Of a stretch of DNA of 64,000 nucleotides, positions 29,818 to 38,318 are shown one piece after another. Origin of the DNA: Bacteroidota bacterium (GTDB lineage: Bacteria > Bacteroidota > Ignavibacteria > Ignavibacteriales > Melioribacteraceae); NCBI GenBank assembly GCA_018818165.1, contig JAHISP010000014.1, positions 11,875-75,874 on the forward strand, given 5' to 3'. Position 1 is the first letter of the stretch, and each line of letters opens with the position of its first letter. The position numbers were made by a program, and so were the translations under genes. Under the pieces are notes generated by a model. That model did no database searches, was not told the DNA's origin, and saw nothing but the letters and a program-made list of their open reading frames with translations.

Positions 29818-31176
29818 TTACTTATTAATATTATATTTTCTAATTTTGGTATAAAGTGTTTTCTGACTAATTCCTAAAACATTTGCAGTTATTTCTCTAT
29901 TCCAATCGTTAGAATCTAAGACCTTTTTAATGTGAATTTCTTCTAATTGGTCCAAGCTAGATATATCCAAATTATCAGTATAAAATGCTGTAGGCTCACC
30001 TGTTTCAATATTTGGAAGATTTAAATCTTTAGGTTGAATTTCATTGTCGTCAGAAAATATTAGTGATCGCTCAATTATGTGCTCCAATTCTCTTACATTT
30101 CCAGGAAACGAATATTTCATCAATAACTTTTCTGATTCATGCGATAAACGCTTAACTGAACGTACAGATGATTTTTTTTGCAAAAAATATTGAGATAATA
30201 AAAGAATATCATTTCCACGTGTTTTAAGTGGAGGAATTGTGAGAGTAATTACATTTAGACGGAAAAGTAAATCTCTTCTAAAATTTTTCTTGTCTGCTTC
30301 TTCCATCAAATTTTTATTTGTAGCACCAATAACTCTTACATCGGAAGAAAGATTTGTTACTCCACCAATTCTTCTAAATTCACCATTTTCTAAAAAACGC
30401 AATAGTTTTGGCTGCAAAGCTAAACTCAATTCACCAATTTCATCAAGAAAAAGAGTTCCACCATTTGCCATTTCAACTAAGCCTTGTTTGGATGTTTTAG
30501 CATCGGTAAAGGCACCTTTTTCATAACCAAATAGCTCACTTTCTATTAAAGTATCTGGTAGGGATGCACAATTTATTGCCACAAATGGTTTGCTAATTCT
30601 ATCCGATTTTTTATGAATAAATTCTGCAAAAAGTTCTTTGCCTGTTCCTGTTTCCCCTTCTAACAATATATTAGATTTAGATTTAGCAGCTTTTTCAGAA
30701 AATGTAATTACTTCTCTAATTGCTGTACTTTCGCCAATAATTGAATTAGGTGTATTTCTATCTACTTTTGAACTTAAAATTTTATTACTAATTATTAAAT
30801 TTTTATGTTCTAAAGCTCGTTCAATTACAACAACTAATTGACCAAACTCATATGGTTTAGTAATAAAATCGTATGCGCCATCTTTTATACATTGTATTGC
30901 AGTTCTTATTTCGGTTTTAGCTGTTAGGACAATTACTTGTAAATCTGGGTGATGTTCCTTTGTGTATTTTAAAACTTCTTCGCCCTGAACATCAGTCATT
31001 TCTAAATCCAACAATAACAAGTCGTAGGCTTTCTTCTTTAAATTTTCTATGGCATATTTGCCGTCAAAAGTTATATCAACTTCATATCCTTCATTAATTA
31101 GTTCTTCTTTTAAAAGGTAGCAAAGAGTTTGATCGTCGTCAGTTATTAAAATATGTCCGTTTTTCATATAACTCAT
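29818..31176 (-). CDS. NtrC-family sigma54-dependent response regulator (REC-AAA+-Fis HTH)
   Basis: ILITDDDQ...LLLDLEM, GETGTGKELFAEFIH, ESELFGYEKGAFTDA, and a C-terminal HTH (LGISQKTLYTKIRKYNI). Confidence 0.9.
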   Translation of the reverse strand: MSYMKNGHILITDDDQTLCYLLKEELINEGYEVDITFDGKYAIENLKKKAYDLLLLDLEMTDVQGEEVLKYTKEHHPDLQVIVLTAKTEIRTAIQCIKDGAYDFITKPYEFGQLVVVIERALEHKNLIISNKILSSKVDRNTPNSIIGESTAIREVITFSEKAAKSKSNILLEGETGTGKELFAEFIHKKSDRISKPFVAINCASLPDTLIESELFGYEKGAFTDAKTSKQGLVEMANGGTLFLDEIGELSLALQPKLLRFLENGEFRRIGGVTNLSSDVRVIGATNKNLMEEADKKNFRRDLLFRLNVITLTIPPLKTRGNDILLLSQYFLQKKSSVRSVKRLSHESEKLLMKYSFPGNVRELEHIIERSLIFSDDNEIQPKDLNLPNIETGEPTAFYTDNLDISSLDQLEEIHIKKVLDSNDWNREITANVLGISQKTLYTKIRKYNINK

Positions 31177-31235
31177 TTATTATTATTAAACACATAAATA
31201 TAAAGAAATTAACAATTCTTTATTAAGCAAATAAA

Positions 31236-32180
31236 TTATGGCTTAAATAAGGGGGAAATATTTCCGCCAGAGAGAATTAAAGCAACTCGTTTGTTGTAGA
31301 ATATTTCCGGGTTTTCCATAACAACAGCTAAAACAGTTGCCGAAGATGGCTCAATAATAATTTTCATTCGTTCCCAAATTAAATACATTGCTGATTTTAT
31401 GCTTTCCTCATTAACTGTAATTATTTTATAAACACCATTTTTAATTATTTCAAATGTTTTTTGGCTTAACGATGTTAAAAGTCCATCGGCAATAGTATTT
31501 GGATTTACCGAAGGATATATTTTATTATCCCTAATTGAGCGAAAAGCATCATCGGCACCAAGTGGTTCTGCTCCAATTACTTTTGTGTTTTCCGAAAAAT
31601 TTTGAGTTGCAAGAATTGAACCGCTTAACAAACCGCCACCGCCTACAGGTGCAATTAGATAATCAATATTCTTCATTTCTTCATAAATTTCTTTTGCGCA
31701 AGTTGCTTGTCCCGTTATTATTCTGTAATCATCAAAAGGATGAATAAATGCGGCTGAGGTTTTTTCAACAATTCCATTAAGAGTTCTTTCTCTATCTTCA
31801 AGAGTGGCTTTACAAAATGTTATATTTCCCCCATAACCCTTAACTGCGTTAATTTTAATTTGGGGAGCATTTTCTGGCATTGCAATATAAGATGGCACAT
31901 TAAGTATGCGAGCAGCTAAAGCTAATGCACCAGCGTGATTTCCAGAAGAATGTGTGGCAACGCCGTTTTGTAATTCATTTTTTGATAATGATAAAATTGC
32001 ATTTGTTGCTCCACGCATTTTAAAAGCACCAGCTTTCTGAAAATTTTCGCATTTGAAAAACAAACTAGAATCCAACAATTTGTTAATTGATTCTGATTTT
32101 AGAATTGGCGTTTTGTGTATAAATGGTTTAATTTTTTCATGCGCGGTTTCAATATCGCTTTTTGTGGGAATTGTGTTCAT
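31236..32180 (-). CDS. PLP-dependent threonine/serine dehydratase (serine-racemase-like fold type II)
   Basis: Start taken at the ATG at 32180 (MNTIPTKSDI); the longer track ORF overlaps the TetR gene. PLP-lysine motif ENFQKAGAFKMRGA, and glycine loop GGGGLLSG. Confidence 0.85.
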   Translation of the reverse strand: MNTIPTKSDIETAHEKIKPFIHKTPILKSESINKLLDSSLFFKCENFQKAGAFKMRGATNAILSLSKNELQNGVATHSSGNHAGALALAARILNVPSYIAMPENAPQIKINAVKGYGGNITFCKATLEDRERTLNGIVEKTSAAFIHPFDDYRIITGQATCAKEIYEEMKNIDYLIAPVGGGGLLSGSILATQNFSENTKVIGAEPLGADDAFRSIRDNKIYPSVNPNTIADGLLTSLSQKTFEIIKNGVYKIITVNEESIKSAMYLIWERMKIIIEPSSATVLAVVMENPEIFYNKRVALILSGGNISPLFKP

Positions 32181-32187
32181 TTTAGTC

Positions 32188-32787
32188 TTATTTTTTAATT
32201 GAATTCCAAAAGTATTTAATATGCGAATTTGATTTTTCAAGCAATCCATCTAAATTAACAGAATCTTTTGCAAAAAATTCCAACCGAAGCATAAATAATG
32301 GATAAACGAATTCTTCAGCAAGAATTTGTGGATTCTCTTTTTTTATTAAATTAAAATTTAACATCTGTGAAAAAATCATTTTCCAAATTTTTATAGTGTC
32401 ATTAATTAGCATATTAATTGAAATATCAATCACTTTATTGTTACGAAACTGCTCAATAAGAATAAGTCGCAAATATTTTTTCTGTAAATCAGTATTCCAA
32501 TGAACGAATAAAACATCAACAAATTTTTGGATAAAAACTTTAGGATTACTCAAATAATCTAATAATTCATCGGTTAGCAATTCAATTCCTACCGAATTAT
32601 CTTTAGCATCCTGAATAAGTTCTAATATTAAAGCTTCTTTTGAAGGGAAATAATTATATAACGCACTTTCTCTAACACCAACATTTTTACCAATATCACG
32701 TACTGAGCCGCCAGCAAATCCATAATTAGAAAATAGGTTTAATGCCTCTTCTTTAATCCTTTCTCTTGTGTTTTGCTTTGTAGTCAT
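32188..32787 (-). CDS. TetR/AcrR-family transcriptional regulator
   Basis: N-terminal HTH: ALNLFSNYGFAGGSVRDIGKNVGVRESALYNYFPSKEAL. Confidence 0.9.
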   Translation of the reverse strand: MTTKQNTRERIKEEALNLFSNYGFAGGSVRDIGKNVGVRESALYNYFPSKEALILELIQDAKDNSVGIELLTDELLDYLSNPKVFIQKFVDVLFVHWNTDLQKKYLRLILIEQFRNNKVIDISINMLINDTIKIWKMIFSQMLNFNLIKKENPQILAEEFVYPLFMLRLEFFAKDSVNLDGLLEKSNSHIKYFWNSIKK

Positions 32788-32888
32788 TTGCGTTCAAAAA
32801 TTTAATGGAAAAACATTTGATTAAAATAAATAAAATAGTATTAAAATTCTAACTATGTTTACGCTTTGAAAATATAAATATAAATTAA

Positions 32889-33917
32889 ATGCACGAACAT
32901 TCATCAAATATATTATTTAACTCGCTTTCAATAACCAGTTTTATTTTTGTAATGATGCTCTTAATTGAGTATGTAAACGTAATTACAAAGGGAAACTGGC
33001 AGAACAAAATTTCAAAAAGTAAATATGGTCAGTATTTACTTGGAGTGTTTTTGGGTGTAATTCCAGGCTGTTTAGGCTCTTACACAATTGTTTCGCTATA
33101 TGCTCACAGAGTTGTTGGGTTTGGGGCTTTGGTTGCTACTATGATAGCTACAAGCGGCGATGAAGCATTTATTATGCTATCATTATTCCCCCAAAAAGCG
33201 ATATTACTTTTTGCAATAATTGGTATTGTGGGCTTTTTTTCTGGAATTGTTACCGACTATTTCACAAAAAAGTTTAATATAAACTTCCAATTACACGAGC
33301 ACAAATTTGAAGTTCACGAAGATGAGGCATGTCCTTGTTTCTCAATTAAAGAAATAAAACTGCATTTGCAGAATATCAGTTTTCCTCGCGCATTATTAAT
33401 TGGATTATTATTAATTTTAGGCGGCATTCAATTGCACAATGTTATTGAAAACTGGGATTGGGATTGGATAAATATTACTCTTTTAACTTCTAATTTATTT
33501 GCTTTGTTTGTAGTAATAACAGTTCCAAATCACTTTTTGGAAAAACATCTTTGGGAACATGTTCTAAAAAAACATCTGTTAAAAATATTTTTATGGACTT
33601 TTGGCACATTATTGGCAATTCATTTTGTAACATCTTTTCTTGATATCAACCAATGGATAGAAACTAATTTGTGGGTTGTTCTAATTATTGCTGTTTTGGT
33701 TGGAATTCTTCCAGAATCGGGTCCGCATTTAATTTTTGTAACATTATTTGCCAGTGGAACTATTCCGTTTTCAATTTTAATTGCAAATTCAATAGTTCAG
33801 GATGGTCACGGAACAATTCCACTATTGGCTTTATCCAAAAAAAGCTTTATTTATTTGAAAATAATAAATTTAGCAATTGGATTTGCTGTTGGCGCTTTTA
33901 GTTTATTGCTCTTTTAA
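32889..33917 (+). CDS. Polytopic membrane protein (putative transporter, family uncertain)
   Basis: About 9-10 hydrophobic segments with a central loop containing HEHKFEVHEDEACPC (candidate metal ligands). Divergent from the TetR gene. Confidence 0.6.
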   Translation: MHEHSSNILFNSLSITSFIFVMMLLIEYVNVITKGNWQNKISKSKYGQYLLGVFLGVIPGCLGSYTIVSLYAHRVVGFGALVATMIATSGDEAFIMLSLFPQKAILLFAIIGIVGFFSGIVTDYFTKKFNINFQLHEHKFEVHEDEACPCFSIKEIKLHLQNISFPRALLIGLLLILGGIQLHNVIENWDWDWINITLLTSNLFALFVVITVPNHFLEKHLWEHVLKKHLLKIFLWTFGTLLAIHFVTSFLDINQWIETNLWVVLIIAVLVGILPESGPHLIFVTLFASGTIPFSILIANSIVQDGHGTIPLLALSKKSFIYLKIINLAIGFAVGAFSLLLF

Positions 33918-34585
33918 TGTCCTTTAATTCCAAAACTTAAAAAGTGGTTAATTTGCTTGCTTGCAAAATATAACTCCATAACTTTTGGCAATAAGTTTTT
34001 GGAAGTAAATATTTTGGAATCCAACGGCTTAAGATAGTAAAACTGCTTGTTTGCAATTAATGGCTCAATTTTGGCAATTTCATTAAATTCTTTTGGAATT
34101 CGCTTGTTTTTTTCGCCAAGTAGATTTCCAAAATGCTTTTTAAAACTTGCGTTATTAATTATGGAATGAAATTCATCCAAATTATCAACAATAAACTCAC
34201 GCAGATTTTGTAATTGTGTGGTTTCTAAAAAATGTGCACCGCCATAAAAATTTAATCCATTGTTACTTAATTCCAAATAAATGCCTGGCGTTGTAAAATC
34301 CTTTCTCCCACCTTCCGAAATTATTGCCGAAACATAGGTTTTATATGGCATTTTATCTTTGCTAAACCGCACATCTTTGTAAATTCTGAAAATTGCTTCT
34401 TTGGGCGTTAAAGTAATGTTTTCGTCATCTTCTTTTATGTTGTTTAACAAAACCTCAATAAAATTTTCAAAAGGTTGTTTTACCGTTTTGTTAAACACAT
34501 CTTTATTAATATTAAACCACTCGCGATTATTGTTTTTTTCAAGATTTGTGAAAAACTCTATAAATTGATTCGTAAAGAATTGCAT
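33914..34585 (-). CDS. DUF2461 (TIGR02453) family protein
   Basis: The N-terminal signature FFTNLEKNNNREWFNINKDVF and the later RIYKDVRFSKDK match this family's pattern. Confidence 0.75.
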   Translation of the reverse strand: MQFFTNQFIEFFTNLEKNNNREWFNINKDVFNKTVKQPFENFIEVLLNNIKEDDENITLTPKEAIFRIYKDVRFSKDKMPYKTYVSAIISEGGRKDFTTPGIYLELSNNGLNFYGGAHFLETTQLQNLREFIVDNLDEFHSIINNASFKKHFGNLLGEKNKRIPKEFNEIAKIEPLIANKQFYYLKPLDSKIFTSKNLLPKVMELYFASKQINHFLSFGIKGH

Positions 34586-34695
34586 AATTTCTCCAAAGTT
34601 ATTTTTTACTTTTATTGTGCTAAATTTAGTAAAAAAATAGAAAATTTAAACTCTTAAATTGCTCTATCTGGTTTCTAGAGTTTTTTAACATATTG

Positions 34696-34898
34696 TTTGC
34701 ATAAAAAGATTATAATAACTAATTTTTGCAAAGATATTTAGTAAATGAGGTTAATGAATTACTCTGCTTTACTTACCCCAAATTATTAACCGAAAATTGT
34801 GTGAATAAACAAAAAGGTGGAACGTTATAATGCAAAAATTTGCTTGATAACATTCCAAATTGCAACATTTTGTTGCGGATTAATATATAGTTAGTTGC
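34696..34898 (+). repeat. Left-boundary partial/rearranged junction unit
   Basis: 34696-34728 (TTTGCATAAAAAGATTATAATAACTAATTTTTG) and about 34732-34760 match the 3' part of the full units. An AACGTTATAA remnant lies at 34821-34830. The unit ends in G|TTAGTTGC (34890-34898). Confidence 0.6.
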
Positions 34899-34912
34899 TT
34901 AAAGGAGTTTCT

Positions 34913-35368
34913 ATGAAAAAAAATGTAATCATTTTTACTTTCCTTTTAACTGGAATTGTTTTTTGTCAGTCTTCAATTACTGTTAATAAATTAAGCACAT
35001 TTCCTGAGGATTATATTAATAAGGAAATATCATTTAAAGATATTTGGTGGTATCCAACCTTGGCTAGCTATAAAAACGATATTGATGGAAAAACATATTA
35101 TCAAGTAATGTTACAAATTAGTGCCTCAAATGAAGAAAAACATTTTGGAATGGGAGGCATGGATAAAATTATGGGAGTTGTAAACAAAAACATTGCTATG
35201 GAATTAACGAATGATAATAAGAATGGCTATGTTTATAATTATTTAGGGGATGTTTTTGGCAAAGTGATTAAGACGAAAACATTTGGAAGCGAATACTTTT
35301 TTGTAATTAAAAAAATCATTCATCATTCCCCTGAAGGAATCATAATAAAAACTTATAATAGTAAATGA
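34913..35368 (+). CDS. Cassette 1a: small secreted protein, unknown function
   Basis: ATG at 34913 preceded by AAAGGAG. Signal peptide MKKNVIIFTFLLTGIVFCQ. The stop overlaps the start of the next ORF (ATGA). Confidence 0.7.
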   Translation: MKKNVIIFTFLLTGIVFCQSSITVNKLSTFPEDYINKEISFKDIWWYPTLASYKNDIDGKTYYQVMLQISASNEEKHFGMGGMDKIMGVVNKNIAMELTNDNKNGYVYNYLGDVFGKVIKTKTFGSEYFFVIKKIIHHSPEGIIIKTYNSK

Positions 35369-35967
35369 TGATGGATATTTTTAGAAAAATCCCACATAAT
35401 TTATATCGAGGTGATTCAGACTCTCGAAACGAGAGAAAGCTAAAACAAACAATTAATCAAAACTGTCTTCTAACAAATTTGAGTAACTCTGGTAGTGGCA
35501 GAGAAATTTTCAGTAATCCACTTAAAAATTTAGTCTCAAAACACATTTCTCCTGGCTGGAGCAAAACCCATTTCTTATCATTTTCGGAAAGCAAAAAAAT
35601 TAGTATAAAGTATGGTAGTAGACAGAACAATAATTGTATTTTAACAAATTTGGACGACTGGGATTTCGTTGTTATAGTTTTTTCTAAGGAATTTATAATT
35701 AAAGAAACAATTAGAGAAACTGATGAGGGATGTTTCATTTTGGAATTTTGTACTGCCTCATTAGAATTCCATCCAGTTTATAAATTACTTGCTATAAATG
35801 TTTACATCTATCTTTGTTCTAAAAATGCGGATAATAATCTCAAAGAAAAAGCAAAGTTAGATAAGGAGTGGTTATTACTTCCCTTAAATCGTTTTGAGAA
35901 TGAATATACAAGCAAATTGGATATGTGTTGTATTTCTTCAGTAGAAAAATATAAATCCATATACTAA
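35365..35967 (+). CDS. Cassette 1b: 200-aa cytoplasmic protein, unknown function (weak R-S-E ADP-ribosyltransferase-like pattern)
   Basis: Translationally coupled to cassette 1a. Contains LYRGD, HFLSFSES and later acidic residues (DKEWLLLP). The family assignment is speculative. Confidence 0.6.
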   Translation: MMMDIFRKIPHNLYRGDSDSRNERKLKQTINQNCLLTNLSNSGSGREIFSNPLKNLVSKHISPGWSKTHFLSFSESKKISIKYGSRQNNNCILTNLDDWDFVVIVFSKEFIIKETIRETDEGCFILEFCTASLEFHPVYKLLAINVYIYLCSKNADNNLKEKAKLDKEWLLLPLNRFENEYTSKLDMCCISSVEKYKSIY

Positions 35968-35982
35968 GTTTTAATAAATGGC

Positions 35983-36379
35983 GCAACTAACGTTATAAGG
36001 ATTGATACCGAACGGAGCTGAGGTATAATCCGGTGTTGAGCTAAGCCGCAGCTACTACTTGTAATTTGCTTAAATGTTTTTAGGGGTGGGGTTATTTTAT
36101 TTTACTACAATTTTACTTTTGCTATGAGTTGTTTTGAATTACAAAAACCTTCGAGGTTATTGCCAAATTAGAAATTGTTTGTGAAGATACAACCTTTATA
36201 AATTAAAAAACCTCGAAGGTTTGGGCGTATTGCAAAAAAATAATAATTTGCTAAAAAAGATTATAATAACTAATTTTTGTCCACAAAGGTTGATATGTAT
36301 TTAAGTGGGATGAAATGAATAAATGTGGATTTATGTTTTTTTGCTTATTTACGGATGAAATTCTTTAAAGTTATACCTA
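35983..36379 (+). repeat. Junction unit U1 (full, ~0.4 kb): module A + module B
   Basis: Starts GCAACTAAC|GTTATAAGGATTGATACC 16 nt after the stop codon and ends ...AATTCTTTAAAG|TTATACCTA. From 36076 on it looks ~95% identical by eye to U2. Confidence 0.85.
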
Positions 36380-36389
36380 GTAAAAAATA

Positions 36390-37325
36390 ATGGAGACAAA
36401 ATTGAAAGTTGAAGCGAATAATGCACTATTCATCAAGTTAGGTTCAAAAGGTCGTTGGCAAAACGAATGTATTGAGAAAAATATAATAAAATTGGGTTTT
36501 GTTAGCTCTCTTGAAATACATAAAAAAAGTTTAAATAGAGAGTGGGATAGTGTAAAAAAATATTGGCTTAAAGAAAAAAAGAGAAAAGCAGAAGCAACAA
36601 AAATTGCTAATCAAATTAAATATTTTTATGAATGTGATGAAGATACACTTTGGATAACTTTTATAGATAAAAAACTTTATTGGTGTTTTGCAGAAAGTGG
36701 AGTTACGATCTTAAATGATGGAAACAGAATAAGAAAAGTTAAAGGGAAATGGAGTTGTAAAGATATTGAAGGTAATGTATTATTTGACGAAAATATTGGT
36801 GGAGCTATTGCACAAGTCCAAAGGTTTCAAGGGACAATTTGTAAGGTTTCTGCAAAAGAACAGTTATTGGACATAATTAATCTTAATAAATCAAATGATT
36901 TAAGAAATGCTGAAAATATTTTTGCTAATCTAAAGGGTAGTATTGTACCATTAATTAAAAATCTACATTGGAAAGATTTTGAATTACTTGTTGATTTAAT
37001 TTTCACGTCTTCTGGTTGGAGGAGAATTTCTGTTGTTGGGAAAGCTGAAAAGGACGTTGATCTAGAGTTGATGCAAAATGTAACCGAGGAAAAAGCATTT
37101 GTTCAAATAAAATCTAGATCAACAATGAAAGAATTTAATGACTACATTCAGATATATAAAAGAGAGAAGCAGTATAATAAAATGTATTTTGTAGTAAATA
37201 ATCTTTCAAAAGATTTTAGTGGGTGGAAAGATACAAATGAAATTAAATTACTCGATAATGAAAAGCTTTCACTATTAGTTCTTAATTCTGGATTAGTTAA
37301 TTGGTTATTTAAAAAATCAAAATAG
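36390..37325 (+). CDS. Cassette 2: Mrr-type (PD-(D/E)xK) restriction-endonuclease-like domain with an unknown N-terminal domain
   Basis: The C-terminal FELLVDLIFTSSGWRRISVVGKAEKDVDLEL...AFVQIKSRS fits the Mrr_cat pattern (D...E/QxK). The ~190 N-terminal aa are not recognised. Confidence 0.65.
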   Translation: METKLKVEANNALFIKLGSKGRWQNECIEKNIIKLGFVSSLEIHKKSLNREWDSVKKYWLKEKKRKAEATKIANQIKYFYECDEDTLWITFIDKKLYWCFAESGVTILNDGNRIRKVKGKWSCKDIEGNVLFDENIGGAIAQVQRFQGTICKVSAKEQLLDIINLNKSNDLRNAENIFANLKGSIVPLIKNLHWKDFELLVDLIFTSSGWRRISVVGKAEKDVDLELMQNVTEEKAFVQIKSRSTMKEFNDYIQIYKREKQYNKMYFVVNNLSKDFSGWKDTNEIKLLDNEKLSLLVLNSGLVNWLFKKSK

Positions 37326-37762
37326 GTATAACGTTATAAGGATTGATACCGAACCCCACAAAAAGAACGGGGTAAACTCCGCTGAGGTATATCACTTTGT
37401 GAGAGCTAAGCCGCAGCTACGACTTGTAATTTGCTTTTATGTTTTTTGGGGTAGGGTTATTTTATTTTACTACAATTTTACTTTTGCTATGAGTTGTTTT
37501 GAATTACAAAAACCTTCGAGGTTATTGCCAAATAAGAAATTGTTTATGAAGACACAACTTTTATAAATTAAAAACCTCGAAGGTTTGGGCGTATTGTAAA
37601 AAAAATAATAATTTGCTAAAAAATATTATAATAACTAATTTTTGTCCACAAATGTTGATAGTATTTAATTGGGATGAAATGAATGAATATGGTTTTTTTT
37701 GCTCATTTCCAGACCTGTCCTCCAGTTTTTATGGTGGATAAAATTCTTTAAAGTTAGCCCAT
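37323..37762 (+). repeat. Junction unit U2 (full, ~0.44 kb): module A + module B
   Basis: Starts TAGGTATAAC|GTTATAAGGATTGATACC, where the TAG is the upstream stop codon. Ends ...AATTCTTTAAAG|TTAGCCCAT. Relative to U1 it has a 24-nt insertion in module A and a ~30-nt insertion near the 3' end. Confidence 0.85.
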
Positions 37763-37784
37763 ATAATCAAAAAGGAGAACGCAC

Positions 37785-38231
37785 ATGAACTATGCGCGAA
37801 TGTTTCACAAGATAGGATCGTGGTCTTACGTGCTTCTTGGCATTGGCCATATCGCAACCCATTTGTTTTCACCTAAAACGCCTGAACAAGAGCAAATGAT
37901 TTTGCGCATGAAAGATTTTGCCATCGACATGCCAGGACCAGATTCAACGCTTTTTTTGTTCCATGAAGGCTTCAGCTTAATGATGGGTGTATTACTAATT
38001 AGTTATGGGATAGCAAATATTCTTTTCCTTTCATCGGATAGCCTCGACTCATTGACAAACAAACATATTGCTATGCTAAACATAATTGTCTCTTTAGTGG
38101 CAATGATTTTATCTGCAGTTTATTTTTTTATTGTACCAATTGCGTTCACCACTGCGTCACTCATAGCATTCGGGTTGGCGTTTGGTCTAACGCGTCGTTC
38201 CACCAGACGCACAAAAGCAGCGCGCCAGTGA
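37785..38231 (+). CDS. Cassette 3: 148-aa four-TM membrane protein, visibly GC-richer than its surroundings
   Basis: A strong SD (AAAGGAG) lies 8 nt upstream. Hydrophobic segments and a basic tail RRSTRRTKAARQ. Composition looks roughly 40+% GC by eye, against about one-third elsewhere. Confidence 0.7.
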   Translation: MNYARMFHKIGSWSYVLLGIGHIATHLFSPKTPEQEQMILRMKDFAIDMPGPDSTLFLFHEGFSLMMGVLLISYGIANILFLSSDSLDSLTNKHIAMLNIIVSLVAMILSAVYFFIVPIAFTTASLIAFGLAFGLTRRSTRRTKAARQ

Positions 38232-38318
38232 ACCTAAACGTTATGTACAAATACTAATTAATATTTTTTATTGTCTATATCTGCAAAACGTCTATTTTGA
38301 AAAGGAAGTTTAATCTTT

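Noticed and set aside
33671-33901. An alternative-frame 76-aa ORF inside the membrane protein gene. Similar out-of-frame ORFs occur at 46360-46587 and 13590-13859.
   Set aside because: They are out of frame or antisense within longer, better-supported ORFs.
35992-36070. The minus strand of module A looks faintly tRNA-like (GCGGCTTAGCTCA and GTTCGGTATCAATCC resemble D- and T-arm sequences).
   Set aside because: No acceptor stem or cloverleaf can be drawn. Copies 2 and 3 carry a 24-nt insertion where the anticodon arm would lie.
36123-36170. A mini-ORF inside module B (MSCFELQKPSRLLPN).
   Set aside because: The stop position differs between the two copies (a substitution removes the stop in U2). 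There is no start context. The conservation is explained by the nucleotide-level hairpin.
35983-37762. The 0.4-kb units as MITEs inserted in intergenic regions.
   Set aside because: No direct target-site duplications flank them. Their ends are weak inverted repeats, and the flanking complementarity spans the ORFs rather than the units. A genome-wide copy count would still be needed to exclude this fully.
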